Below are positions 30,773 to 41,177 of a stretch of DNA of 64,000 nt, one piece after another. The translations under genes were made by a program, and so were the position numbers. The notes below the pieces were generated by a model. That model had not been told where the DNA came from, did not search any database, and was given only the letters and a program-made list of their open reading frames with translations. The number at the start of each line of letters is the position of its first letter. Position 1 is the first letter of the stretch. Source of the stretch: an uncultured Candidatus Saccharibacteria bacterium (lineage in GTDB: Bacteria > Patescibacteriota > Minisyncoccia > Phycocordibacterales > UBA918); assembly GCA_964611205.1 (NCBI GenBank), contig CAZSZB010000003.1, positions 23,764 through 87,763 on the forward strand. The letters run 5' to 3'.

Positions 30773-31243
30773 TTAAAAACCGAAAAAATCCAGCAACTGT
30801 TGGAAGAATGGTATTTCCAAATATTCTTCTGGTAAGCGACTGGCTATAATGTCTTCTATTTCATCTACATACTCTTCTGGCAACGGCATAACAATCAAGG
30901 GCATAAACATCTTTTCGGAACGGGCTAATAGTTGGGGTCCCCAAGGATTTTCTTCATCTATATAAAAACACTCCAATGTACTATAAGGATATAATTTATC
31001 TTCGATACGCAGACCGCGTTGACTAACAGCAAAGGGAACAGTGTTGGGTTCACGAACTGCTATGATACCCATCACAATACCTGATATCAGTATGACAAAA
31101 GCAAAAAGAGAGTTACCTAACAGCAAGGCAGCTCCAGTAGCGGAGACGGTAAGAATACCCAAAGCCCAGAGCCAGTTTGCTTCCTGGGGTCCATGACTGT
31201 GTTCCAGAGCCTTCCAGGTTACTTCTTTAATGTAGTCAGACAT
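30773..31243 (-). CDS. conserved CPR-type membrane protein (two TM + PH-like domain)
   Basis: W.ALEH motif, two TM helices, GLRIEDKLYPY. Confidence 0.7.
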   Translation of the reverse strand: MSDYIKEVTWKALEHSHGPQEANWLWALGILTVSATGAALLLGNSLFAFVILISGIVMGIIAVREPNTVPFAVSQRGLRIEDKLYPYSTLECFYIDEENPWGPQLLARSEKMFMPLIVMPLPEEYVDEIEDIIASRLPEEYLEIPFFQQLLDFFGF

Positions 31244-31397
31244 GGCTAAATTGTAACATGCTGTAAAAAACTTTTTACAAGCTAATTTGCTAGAAACTAC
31301 TTCTTTATTTTACGATATGCTATATTTTGTTAAATAATATGACAGAATAAGCGTTTTCTGGAAAGAAAACGCTTATTCGTTCGTCATTAGTTAATCT

Positions 31398-33191
31398 ATG
31401 TTTTTTAAACCAGCAAAAACAGAACAAACCAAAAAAGTAAATCAAGGAAACGGTACCCCAAGAACACCGTTGCGGTTTTTATGGTATACGGTAAAACCGT
31501 ATCGCTACTGGTTATTGTTGGGGGTGAGTTTGAATATCATCAATCAACTTCTTAGCGTCTATGTCGCTATATTTATTGGTAATTTAGCTGATGCGGCGGC
31601 CAAAGTGTCTGAGCCAGAGCAGTTTTTAAGTTGGGTCATCGGCTTTTTGGTATTGATTGTTTCTACCTTCATTTTTTATCGAGTGGGAGGTTTCATTACT
31701 ATACATTTTGTTCTAAAACAAAATCAGTACGCTTTTGAAACAGTCAAAGGCTATCTCTTAAAACACAGTCATACATATTATATAGATCGCTTTGCAGGAA
31801 CTTTAACTGGCAAGATATTTAATGCTGGTGACCGCAGTAGTGAGATACTGCTGATGATTAATTATGGTTTTGTTCGTTTGGTAGTTAGTTTGACAGCGAC
31901 CGGTGTTGTTATCGGCTTTTTTAGTATCAAGCTTACCCTCATATACGCCGCAATCGTTTTCTTAACTATCTTAGTGAATATTTATTTGGTCAAACGCCGT
32001 CGTCCATTAGTTGTTGATTATGCTAAAACCACTTCACGCTACCGGGGGCAATTAACAGATGTTGTCTCAAACATCCAGGCGGTGCGACAATTTTCCGCGA
32101 TAAATAGTGAATTTGATTATCTTAAACAAACTCTCAGTGAAAGAGTTTTAAAAGATCGCAAGCAATGGACAGTCGGCGAGTGGAATCATGTGGTCAACAA
32201 TATCCTCACTACGCTCCTGATGGTTCTGATGATTGGTGGAACTTATATCTTGCTCATTAACGGCTCAGTAACTTTAGGTGCGATGGTTTCGGTTATGATA
32301 CTTATGTATCGAGTATCAGGAATTATGGTTGATCTTGGTGACTGGATGAATCGAATTATAAGGATATACGGCGATGTGGAAGAAGGATTAGACGATATTT
32401 TGGTAGACCATGAGATAGTCGATGAGCCTGGGGCGGGCTTGCTTAAGGCAGAAGAGGGTAGGATTCAGTTCAATAATGTAACTTTCCAATATGGTGAGAA
32501 TTGCATTTTTAAAGATTTTAATTTAACCATCGAACCAGGACAGAGAGTTGGTTTGGTTGGTTCCTCAGGGGCTGGAAAAACTACCCTGATTTCTTTGCTG
32601 TTAAGACAACATGATATTCAAGAAGGAGAAATTAATATCGACGGACAAAATATTTCTTCAGTTACTCAGGATTCTCTACGGGAAAATATTGCGATAGTCC
32701 CGCAAGAACCCATTCTGTTTCATCGTTCGATAAGGGAAAATATTATTTATGGCAAACCAAACGCTACCGAGGAAGAAATTATTGCGGTAGCAAAAAAAGC
32801 CCAAGCCCATGATTTTATTATGCAATTATCAGAAGGCTACGATACATTGGTTGGAGAAAGAGGAGTGAAGCTTTCAGGTGGACAAAAACAACGGGTCGCA
32901 ATTGCCAGAGCTATGCTTAAAGAAGCGCCGATATTAGTATTGGATGAAGCCACTTCTGCGCTAGATAGTGAAAGCGAGGTAGCTATACAAAAGGCCCTGA
33001 GTGAATTAATGAAAGGGAAGACCGTGTTAGCGATTGCTCACCGGCTATCGACTTTGCGGGAGATGGATAGAATTCTGGTACTAGAAAGTGGAACCATTAT
33101 TGAAGATGGTACCCATAGAGAATTAGCTAAAGGTGGTTGTACCTACCAAAAACTTTGGGAGCACCAAGCGGGCGGATTTTTGCAGGAGTAG
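31398..33191 (+). CDS. ABC exporter, fused TMD + ATPase
   Basis: GSSGAGKTT, LSGGQKQR, LDEATSALD, AHRL. Confidence 0.95.
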   Translation: MFFKPAKTEQTKKVNQGNGTPRTPLRFLWYTVKPYRYWLLLGVSLNIINQLLSVYVAIFIGNLADAAAKVSEPEQFLSWVIGFLVLIVSTFIFYRVGGFITIHFVLKQNQYAFETVKGYLLKHSHTYYIDRFAGTLTGKIFNAGDRSSEILLMINYGFVRLVVSLTATGVVIGFFSIKLTLIYAAIVFLTILVNIYLVKRRRPLVVDYAKTTSRYRGQLTDVVSNIQAVRQFSAINSEFDYLKQTLSERVLKDRKQWTVGEWNHVVNNILTTLLMVLMIGGTYILLINGSVTLGAMVSVMILMYRVSGIMVDLGDWMNRIIRIYGDVEEGLDDILVDHEIVDEPGAGLLKAEEGRIQFNNVTFQYGENCIFKDFNLTIEPGQRVGLVGSSGAGKTTLISLLLRQHDIQEGEINIDGQNISSVTQDSLRENIAIVPQEPILFHRSIRENIIYGKPNATEEEIIAVAKKAQAHDFIMQLSEGYDTLVGERGVKLSGGQKQRVAIARAMLKEAPILVLDEATSALDSESEVAIQKALSELMKGKTVLAIAHRLSTLREMDRILVLESGTIIEDGTHRELAKGGCTYQKLWEHQAGGFLQE

Positions 33192-33259
33192 TTTTTGGCT
33201 CTAGACTTTGTGAAAGAAATTAGATAGTTTAAGTTGAACAAAAAAGAAGGAGTTCTTCA

Positions 33260-33532
33260 ATGGAAGCAGAAAAAGTCCAAGAGGTCATCCAGCTTTATCG
33301 TCGCGAGTTTGAGGCGACGGGTGTTGGTAAGACCAAATATCCTCACGGAAAGTCGTTGGATCAGTCCAGTCACAGCCTCGAGCATTGCCACGCTATGCTC
33401 GATGATATGGATGAATTCCTGAAGGAAGGTAGGACTGACAAAGTCTTCCGCTGGCTCGGTTTCATACAGGGAGTTCTTTGGGCCCAAGGCCTTTACTCAC
33501 TGACCGAATTGACCGGTCACAATCGCCCTTAG
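33260..33532 (+). CDS. conserved hypothetical protein (RWLGFIQGVL motif)
   Basis: 90 aa, SD AAGGAG upstream, hairpin at ~33567-33592. Confidence 0.75.
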   Translation: MEAEKVQEVIQLYRREFEATGVGKTKYPHGKSLDQSSHSLEHCHAMLDDMDEFLKEGRTDKVFRWLGFIQGVLWAQGLYSLTELTGHNRP

Positions 33533-33932
33533 TTGGGAGGAAAAGACAGAAAGACAGTAAGATTTAAGGTCGTCCGATTTATCGGACGGCCTTTCTGGTT
33601 GGAGTTAATGGAAAGGGATTGCTTTGCTTTTTCTAATTCTTTACAGGAACTGTGTAGGTTAACTAATATTTTTCCTTCGTCAAAATATTAGTTAACCTCT
33701 CGAGAAAATGTGTAAACATTTTCTCTCCCCAACCCTCCCATGCGCGCACTGAACCATCTGAAAACAGATAGTCTTCCAAAAAAAACCACCAGTATGCACA
33801 CTGGTGGCATTTTCGGTTCGTGTGTTGGCTTGCGGACAAGCCTTCAGGGACGTGTCCGCTCTGCGAGCGGAAAGGAACGGTGCTGGTGCATCAGCGTGTT
33901 GGACATCCATGTCCTGAACCGACGGGCTGGGC

Positions 33933-34052
33933 TCAGACGATGGTGTCGATGGCGGCGCAGTGGCTCGGGTAGCCAGCGGCTGGGTTGTTCGCGCCATTGG
34001 TCATCAGCTCGACGGGACCGGCACGAACGGTGGTGAGTGCGAAGCGTTTCAT
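33933..34052 (-). CDS. 39-aa small ORF
   Basis: AAGGAG 6 nt before ATG; MKRFALTTVRAGPVELMTNGANNPAAGYPSHCAAIDTIV; terminator ~33778-33807. Confidence 0.45.
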   Translation of the reverse strand: MKRFALTTVRAGPVELMTNGANNPAAGYPSHCAAIDTIV

Positions 34053-34176
34053 CGCAGTCTCCTTGTCCGAGTGTGAAGGAAGTCACACGCTCATTGGCCA
34101 GATAATACTGACCTCTATAGCTAAAAGTAGTAGATTTTGTTTTTTTTCAAGTGAGAAGTGAAGAGAAAAGTGAAAA

Positions 34177-34345
34177 TTGGCGGAGAGGGATTCTCTCGTT
34201 ACACGAGCAGTATACCTTTTGCATCAGATTACTTCGCAAGCTCATAATCTGACGCAAAAGCTTTCGAATCCCCACAGAAGTGACACTGAGTCACTTCTTC
34301 TCTCTCCACCAACAAAATAGCACCCCAAAAAGGGTGCTATTTTGT
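34177..34345 (-). repeat. tRNA-Ser-matched structured element, displaced from its tRNA
   Basis: Two oppositely oriented degenerate copies of the tRNA-Ser 3' end around the shared scaffold, plus terminator-like hairpin 34312-34345. Confidence 0.75.
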
Positions 34346-34465
34346 ACTCGCGGGCTACGTGGGTTAAGTACCCACACGTTCAAGCCTTGTAAGGGTATTC
34401 TAGCGCATTTTGGGTATGCGAATCTAGGTACGTGGGTCGGGGTCTAAGAGTAGACAAAGTAGACA

Positions 34466-34912
34466 CTAATAGCGACTTCGGCGGTATCGCTTCTTTCGCC
34501 TGCCTCCAGGCTCTTTAAGGTAAACCCAGAAGCCAGTGAGATTAAGGAGTATCCCAGAGCAAAGGAAGATAAGTAAGTGAAGTGCAAGTGGCCACTTCAA
34601 GCAATAGACAAAGTTGCCGAAGATCGTGGTGAAGATGAGGAATGTCAGGGTCTGCAATCCAAGGTATGTCCCGCTTCCGACAAAGCGGTTGAATGTCGGC
34701 GAGAAGCCGTTGTCGGAATTGTAATGGGCGGTGCCGTTGCGGGTGTAAATCTCCCAAGCTACCCACCCGATCATGGCAAGAATGATCCAGACGAAATGCC
34801 ACGGCCACAGATACTTGATCGCAGTCCAGAGAAAATCGGAAAGCGAAGAAACCGCCATATCCGATACGGTTGAGCAGATTTCTCCAAATGAAAATATTGT
34901 TTGTGGATCCAT
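34466..34912 (-). CDS. membrane protein
   Basis: 148 aa, several TM helices, basic tail. Confidence 0.65.
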   Translation of the reverse strand: MDPQTIFSFGEICSTVSDMAVSSLSDFLWTAIKYLWPWHFVWIILAMIGWVAWEIYTRNGTAHYNSDNGFSPTFNRFVGSGTYLGLQTLTFLIFTTIFGNFVYCLKWPLALHLLIFLCSGILLNLTGFWVYLKEPGGRRKKRYRRSRY

Positions 34913-35320
34913 GTCTTTGACACCTCGGTTCTGGGAAATGCCCCGACCTCGGCGTTTCTTATCTTCTCGCTAATCGTCAATTTACACTATTGACACTGTG
35001 GATAAATACTTGTTTGATTTTTAATACGGAAGTGCATATAATTCACTCAGTTCTTCACAGATGAAACTACCTTCTCCCTCGGGAGAGGCAGTCCGATCGC
35101 ATAGGTCATCGACCAAAAAAAATATGCGTGAGGGTTGTCGAATGGAGTGCGTATTGAACGAATCGTTGTCGGGTCCATTGTGGCAAAAAGACAGCTGTTC
35201 GAGATCGCAGTCGAAGGCACACCAAGCATCACGCTTGCTGTTTCTTTGAGTGCGATTTTTTGTTTGTAGAAAATCAAAACTCTCCGTGCAGAACTAATTA
35301 TCAATTATTTGAAATTAGTT

Positions 35321-36652
35321 ATGACCAATCACAACCACACATTAGAAATCCAATACGTCGCAGTCGGTGACCTCAAGGAGAACGAATACAACCCGAAGAA
35401 GTTCTCAGCGGAGGCTTTGGACGGCATCAGAGAAAGCGTTACCCGTTTCGGGTTCGCAGATCCATTGGTAGTTAACAGCAACGAAGAGCGGAAAAACATT
35501 CTCATCGGAGGACATGCACGCCTCAAGATCGCCAAGGAGCTCGGCTTCGAGACCGTACCAGTCGTCTTCGTTAATCTGAGTGAAGACAAGGAAAAGGAAC
35601 TCAACCTCCGTCTCCACAGGAACCAAGGAGCGTTCGACTTGGAACTGCTCGCAAAGTTCGACGAGACGCTTCTTGCGGACATCGGATTCAACTCGGAGGA
35701 TCTCGATTCGATCTTCAACATGGACCCGACACCCGAGCACTTCGACCTCAAGAAGGAACTTGAGAAGTTGAATATCAAGGACGTGAAGGTAAAGCACGGA
35801 GACCGATACGAGATCGACGGCTCGATCCTCATGTGCGGAGACAGCACCATCGAGGAAGACATGCTCAAGCTCATGCAGGGAGCAAAAGCCGACATGGTGA
35901 TGACCGATCCTCCTTACATTCTCGACTACCTCAAGGGTAAGACGAAGAACAAGGACGGGATCACGGAAGGCTTCGGTGCGAAGAAGAACCGCGTCTATCT
36001 CGGCACCACTTCCTTGCCCGACAACTTCACCGACCTCTGGATGAACGGCGTGTCCAAGGTTCAGAAGGAGGACTTCTCGATCGTCATCTTCGAGCATCCG
36101 AAGAATCTCCGCACCATCTGGAACGCACTTGAGAAGCACTGGAAGTATCGCAACACCATCACATGGCACGTGCCAAACCGCATGCAGGGATTCGCTGGGA
36201 AGTACAAGCTTTTCAACAAGCAGGACATCGCACTTGTAGGAAGCACCGACCGAGTGATCGTTAATCTCGAGCCAGAGGATGAGCTGTTCCAGAACGAGTA
36301 CGAGAATGCCATTTATGCCACGAGCGGAAGACCGCATTGGGAAAGCTACGGCAAAGGAAAGAAGAACTGCCCGACGGACTTCATCGAGCACATCGCCGCA
36401 GACAAGAAGTCCTCTGGTCAGGACATCATATTTGGCACGAAGCCGATAGAGCTTCTCATCCCGTACATCAAGGTACTCACGAAGCGTGACGACTTGGTGC
36501 TCGAGCCGTTCGGAGGATCGGGATCAACGCTCATCGCATCGCTGAAGATCGGACGCAAGTGCCGCATCATGGAGAAGCAGCCGATCTATGCGGAGGTCAT
36601 TATCAAACGCTGGGAGAAAGCGACCGGCAAGAAGGCGGTGAAGATAGACTAG
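35321..36652 (+). CDS. ParB/Srx-domain + N6/N4 DNA methyltransferase
   Basis: YNPK..IGGHARLK ParB domain; TDPPY; TKP, EPFGGSGST. Confidence 0.92.
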   Translation: MTNHNHTLEIQYVAVGDLKENEYNPKKFSAEALDGIRESVTRFGFADPLVVNSNEERKNILIGGHARLKIAKELGFETVPVVFVNLSEDKEKELNLRLHRNQGAFDLELLAKFDETLLADIGFNSEDLDSIFNMDPTPEHFDLKKELEKLNIKDVKVKHGDRYEIDGSILMCGDSTIEEDMLKLMQGAKADMVMTDPPYILDYLKGKTKNKDGITEGFGAKKNRVYLGTTSLPDNFTDLWMNGVSKVQKEDFSIVIFEHPKNLRTIWNALEKHWKYRNTITWHVPNRMQGFAGKYKLFNKQDIALVGSTDRVIVNLEPEDELFQNEYENAIYATSGRPHWESYGKGKKNCPTDFIEHIAADKKSSGQDIIFGTKPIELLIPYIKVLTKRDDLVLEPFGGSGSTLIASLKIGRKCRIMEKQPIYAEVIIKRWEKATGKKAVKID

Positions 36653-36653
36653 T

Positions 36654-37229
36654 ATGGCAAAGCAGAAAGAAGCGGTCGCTACCGCACAGCTGAAGCACAA
36701 GCTCGTACAGCACCTACGGGACATCCCGATCCCGACATATGCGTGCCAGCGGGTCGGCGTTCCCAAAGCCACCTACTACAAGTGGCGGAAGACAGACCAG
36801 ATATTCCGTGAAGCGAGCGACGAGGCGATCATCACGGGAAAGCTCACACTTAATGATGTTGCTAAGTCCCAGCTCGTGAAGCTCATCAAGGAGGGAGACT
36901 ATCGCTCGATCAACTTCTGGCTGAAGCACAACGACGAGGACTTCGGATCGAAGCTCAAGCTTGAGATCGAGGACAGGACGAGAAAGTACGACCCCGAAGA
37001 ACTCAAACTCATGGCGACAGCGATGCATAATGCAGGATTGGTCGGCGTTACACTCGCTCACCAAAAGATGGCGAAGGTGTTTCAGGGATTGCAGGAAAAG
37101 GAAGAAGAGCGAGCCAACGAGAAGAACGAATACGACGAGGATGAAGAACCTGTCGTTCAGGAAAAACAGAAGCGAAAAGGCGGAGTGAAGATTGCAGAGT
37201 TTATGAAGAAGAGGAAGTCTGAGGAATAA
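36654..37229 (+). CDS. helix-turn-helix protein resembling terminase small subunit
   Basis: ACQRVGVPKATYYKW..D..F, INFWLK; coupled to methylase. Confidence 0.7.
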   Translation: MAKQKEAVATAQLKHKLVQHLRDIPIPTYACQRVGVPKATYYKWRKTDQIFREASDEAIITGKLTLNDVAKSQLVKLIKEGDYRSINFWLKHNDEDFGSKLKLEIEDRTRKYDPEELKLMATAMHNAGLVGVTLAHQKMAKVFQGLQEKEEERANEKNEYDEDEEPVVQEKQKRKGGVKIAEFMKKRKSEE

Positions 37230-37659
37230 GTCGCCTCAGCACCTCTCCCGTGAGGATGCGGTGCTTCTTGAAGGCGTTGCACCGCTTGCATGCAAGCGTC
37301 AGGTTTCTCGGGTGGTTGGAGCCGAAGCTTTGTGGTTCGACTTTCACACCCGACACGCCTTTCATCTTACGAAGCTCCTTGTTCAGGACATTCGATGACA
37401 GCGGAATGATGTGGTCGGGTTCGAAGATTCCATCGTTGGTGCACTCAGGGTGAATGCTTAACTGGCATTCGCCTTTGTGCTTTTCGATGAGTTCATGCAA
37501 TACCTTCTTGCTGGTCTTGTCGAATTGCCACCGCTTGATTGCAGGATGCTGAAAATCAAAGAGATCGGAATATTCTTTGTTGAAATACTCTAGGTCTCCG
37601 TCTGCAAGCAGGTGTACGAAAAAATCCTGATCCTCAGGATTTTCAAACTGCATTCGCAA
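37201..37659 (-). CDS. HNH endonuclease
   Basis: DHIIPLS...N..LACKRCN..K. Confidence 0.85.
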   Translation of the reverse strand: MRMQFENPEDQDFFVHLLADGDLEYFNKEYSDLFDFQHPAIKRWQFDKTSKKVLHELIEKHKGECQLSIHPECTNDGIFEPDHIIPLSSNVLNKELRKMKGVSGVKVEPQSFGSNHPRNLTLACKRCNAFKKHRILTGEVLRRLIPQTSSSS

Positions 37660-38002
37660 TGAAGATGAAAAGGACTATGGCGGTAAAGACAACTAAACCG
37701 ATGAGTACCTTTTCGCTTCGAGTATAGATTCGAGCAGGTTCTTTTTCAGCCAGAGCCTGCTCGAGTGTTTTGCCTTGGTCAGCCAAGAGCTTCTGTCCGA
37801 TTGGAGAATCCAACGGAATCAGATTGGTCGCACCACAGGCGGAGCACTTCTTGTACCTTGATGACGATCGCCACACCGAATATATGAGACCCGGAATGAT
37901 GAAGAAGCACCAGAGGATTATTTCTATTAAAAGGTTTCCCTTAACGGCAGTTTTGGAACTGCCAATATGCCCACAAGCGGAGCATATGAGTTTCTTAGAC
38001 AT
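37643..38002 (-). CDS. small zinc-ribbon membrane protein
   Basis: Two CSACG motifs flanking a hydrophobic hairpin; C-terminal TM. Confidence 0.75.
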   Translation of the reverse strand: MSKKLICSACGHIGSSKTAVKGNLLIEIILWCFFIIPGLIYSVWRSSSRYKKCSACGATNLIPLDSPIGQKLLADQGKTLEQALAEKEPARIYTRSEKVLIGLVVFTAIVLFIFIANAV

Positions 38003-38329
38003 GTTTTTTGGACGGTTTTCATGACGCTAATAATTCTGGTAGGTAGCAAAAATCTCCTAACCAGGGCTGATATATCCCGTGAGATATACCCATACCCCTT
38101 TCGGGATATGACCGTCCAAAGTGGCCTCTGATTAGGAGGTTTTTACTTTGGACGGAATTTGCGACCATATCCTAGAAAACCAAGGGTTCTTTAGGGGTTA
38201 GGTCGACTGTATTCAGTTGTATGTACATGATACCAAAATTGATGGTATCAGTCAGTACCTTAGCTTAGTTATTGGGTCTTGCGAAGGGCTTCATAAAGGC
38301 TTGATAAATTGCTAGAATGAGGCGTAACC

Positions 38330-39397
38330 ATGGCAGTATCCGCTCAAAAAGTAAGCAAGTATGTCGATTCCATTTCCAAGAGCGGTCTTAGCATCTATGA
38401 CCCTATTGAAGTCGGAGATCCAAATCTTTGGATACCTTCAGGAGAACTGGAGGTTATTTTGAATGAGGCTTTAAAAGGTCTCTCCCTTACAGGTCTGCCC
38501 CTAAGAACACGATCAAAAGTTGTGAAGCAGAAAGTATGCTCTGCTTTGGGCTATCCTGTGCCAAATAGTTTTGAGAAAACACAGCCACGTTTCCCAGGAC
38601 AGTGCTTCGATACTTATATTCAGAAATCAAACAACTTGCAGATTTGGAACGAAGAACTTTCATCAACCCGACGATACGTAACGATCAAAGTAACCGACGA
38701 AGACGTGGTTGAAGTTGTACGTGTCGTAACTGGAGACACTCTTGCTGTACTTGATACAACAGGCACCCTCACTCAGAAATACCAAGCTCGACTTACAGTC
38801 GGTGATAATGTGTCAGAACTTGTATCTGCGGAGGATACTGACCGAATCGTTGCGATAATCGAATCTGCAAACGGTGATCAAAAGCTTGGTGATCCCACAG
38901 ATCATGTATCAGCTGAAAACATTCTTCCTATCGAAGATGTATTTGAAAAACTTAAGACAATAATCGGAAAGTCTTTTGCTGACGCTGGTTCTGATCAAGA
39001 AAGGAATCGAGGTGGACTACTCCACAAACTAGTGTGTCATGCATTGGGTTATGAAATACATCGAGACAACGGACAGTTTCCTGATGTACCGAATCAATTA
39101 CTTGAAGTAAAGCTTCAAACTTCTCCAACTATTGATCTTGGCTTGGTTACACCCGACAGTAAGGACGCATTGGATACGCCTAAAATCAACGGGAAGCAGA
39201 TACGTCACTGCGACGTTCGCTATGCAATCTTTTATGCCAACATCGAGAACGGACAAATTAATGTCACCAACCTTTTTCTATCAACAGGAAAAGATTTCTT
39301 TAGTCGTTTCCCTCGCTTTGAAGGAAAGGTACTTAATAAGAAAATTCAGATACCCCTTCCGTCAGATTTTTTCACCTATAAGCCGAAGGCTGAATAG
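38330..39397 (+). CDS. type II restriction endonuclease
   Basis: FPD...LEVK PD-(D/E)XK motif; convergent and overlapping with an m6A methylase. Confidence 0.8.
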   Translation: MAVSAQKVSKYVDSISKSGLSIYDPIEVGDPNLWIPSGELEVILNEALKGLSLTGLPLRTRSKVVKQKVCSALGYPVPNSFEKTQPRFPGQCFDTYIQKSNNLQIWNEELSSTRRYVTIKVTDEDVVEVVRVVTGDTLAVLDTTGTLTQKYQARLTVGDNVSELVSAEDTDRIVAIIESANGDQKLGDPTDHVSAENILPIEDVFEKLKTIIGKSFADAGSDQERNRGGLLHKLVCHALGYEIHRDNGQFPDVPNQLLEVKLQTSPTIDLGLVTPDSKDALDTPKINGKQIRHCDVRYAIFYANIENGQINVTNLFLSTGKDFFSRFPRFEGKVLNKKIQIPLPSDFFTYKPKAE

Positions 39398-41070
39398 ACA
39401 AGTTTGTTTAGCTTCTCCTCCTGAGAATCAAATTCAGCATCTACAGGCAACTCGTAGATTGATTTAGTTAAGTTGATGATCTCTTTTGCTATCTTTGATT
39501 TTGGATCAGGCAATGGAAACTTCTCAACGTATTGAGTAATAAAGCGTCTTCGTCCCGAGTAGAGTTTATTGTTGAAACTGTGGTCGTAGAACTCCTCGAC
39601 AAACTTTGAGTTTGCAATTGCCAAAGCGAGCCACAGCAATTCGGAATTATCTTCTTCTGAAGTTAACCAGTAGCAGTCTCCATTCACCACACCGCCTGTT
39701 TGATCCATCCAAAAGATTGGTTGTTCAGAAATATCTCTGAAGACTAACTTGGGCTTCTCCCAAGTCTTTGGATTATGAGGAACCCAGATCTCGTACCAGT
39801 TACGTCCTGAATCAATCACGTAACTTCTCGATGAGAGCTGATCTTTGTGTTCTTCAAGATACCTTTTTACGTTGGGATACTGATCAAGATCAATGGGCTT
39901 CTTTTTGTTGCCGATTTCCTCATGTGTGTAAACAACATGCTTCTTTGCTGAATCTGTTTTGTATCTTCTTGCGACGTGATGAGTAATCAGTGGCTTTAGA
40001 GTTTCAGGTAGGTTTCCATTAAATTTAGAAATGTCGGATACGATAAAAACATTGTCAGCAGTCGTTTTGATACCAACTTTTACCTTGCCAATATCCCCAA
40101 ATAAAAGTTGAGTCTTTTCTTTAACTTTCTTCAACCACAGGTCTGCTTTGTCATGAGCAAGCCTCCATGTGTCGCCGATCTTATTGCCAATATCAAGCTT
40201 GCCGTGCAGTACTTTAAAATGTTCCGATTCCTCTCCTTCGAGTGATTGAAAGACTTGTTGTGGATCAATCTTTGTATTCTTTCCCGAAAGATATATTGAT
40301 GTGAATCTAGGGTCAGCATCCTTTGATGTCTCTTTTTGCAAAAGCAGAACAGCTGGAAGCACTGCCGCTTCAAACAAGCGTGTATCTCCTAAATCCCATA
40401 CATGTAGAACACTAAAATCATTTAGGAGATTCTTTCGAACAGCTTCGCCTGATTTAGTGGTAAGAAAGCGATTGGAAACAATGATACCTACTACACCTTC
40501 TGGCTTAAGAAGTTTCTCAATTCCTTTTAGGAAAGCGTGATACAGATCAACTCGACCTGAGAGATTAAAATCTTCCGCAAGCTTTTGAGCCTTTTCAGCA
40601 CCCATGACTTGAGTTCTGACATAAGGCGGATTCGCAATAACAAGATCAAAGAGTGGAACATCTGTTTTTGAAAACAAAGAACCTCCATAAGTTTCAGAGA
40701 CCCATTCTAAGAAATCCTGAGTTTTAATATCAGCCTTAACTTCAGGGAAATCCTTCTTGATTAGATCCAGAGAAGCATCAACTGCATCTTGATTAATATC
40801 GAAACCGAATACTTCGATTTTATTGAATCCGCGCGAGTAGGCTATCTGTATAAGATTACGCAGAAGCTCCCCGTCACCAACAGCAGGATCAATTACTTTT
40901 AGTGTTTTGGTTTTCTTTAAATTCTTTTTCTCAACTTGATCAAAGATTTGAGATGCCACAAAGCCAGCCAAAGAAGTTGGGGTGTAATGAGCCCCTGTAT
41001 TCTTTCTTAATCCAGCATCGAGTTGTGCATCTAAAGTTGGCATTTGTAAACCTATTTTAACATTTTTCAA
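39376..41070 (-). CDS. gamma-class N6-adenine DNA methyltransferase, resembling M.BseCI/M.BanIII
   Basis: GAHYTP, DPAVGDG, IANPPYVRTQ, GRVDLYHAF; family resemblance recalled, not searched. Confidence 0.88.
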   Translation of the reverse strand: MKNVKIGLQMPTLDAQLDAGLRKNTGAHYTPTSLAGFVASQIFDQVEKKNLKKTKTLKVIDPAVGDGELLRNLIQIAYSRGFNKIEVFGFDINQDAVDASLDLIKKDFPEVKADIKTQDFLEWVSETYGGSLFSKTDVPLFDLVIANPPYVRTQVMGAEKAQKLAEDFNLSGRVDLYHAFLKGIEKLLKPEGVVGIIVSNRFLTTKSGEAVRKNLLNDFSVLHVWDLGDTRLFEAAVLPAVLLLQKETSKDADPRFTSIYLSGKNTKIDPQQVFQSLEGEESEHFKVLHGKLDIGNKIGDTWRLAHDKADLWLKKVKEKTQLLFGDIGKVKVGIKTTADNVFIVSDISKFNGNLPETLKPLITHHVARRYKTDSAKKHVVYTHEEIGNKKKPIDLDQYPNVKRYLEEHKDQLSSRSYVIDSGRNWYEIWVPHNPKTWEKPKLVFRDISEQPIFWMDQTGGVVNGDCYWLTSEEDNSELLWLALAIANSKFVEEFYDHSFNNKLYSGRRRFITQYVEKFPLPDPKSKIAKEIINLTKSIYELPVDAEFDSQEEKLNKLVYSAFGL

Positions 41071-41177
41071 GATCGCTTGATACCTTAGCTTAGACCTGAA
41101 AAATTGTGTAATTGGTTACCAGATTGACCCTTTGCAGACCTCTGGACTTATTTGCAGTTCAGCGTCATTCCTTGGGT

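Noticed and set aside
33692-34086. Three overlapping 80-101 aa ORFs, or TGA recoding
   Set aside because: No motifs or start signals; TGA ends ruvC and the HTH-flanking ORF 37643, and core genes are intact under code 11
35329-36772. Long antisense ORFs (328, 188 aa) opposite the ParB-methylase
   Set aside because: Expected from GC-rich codon bias; no motifs
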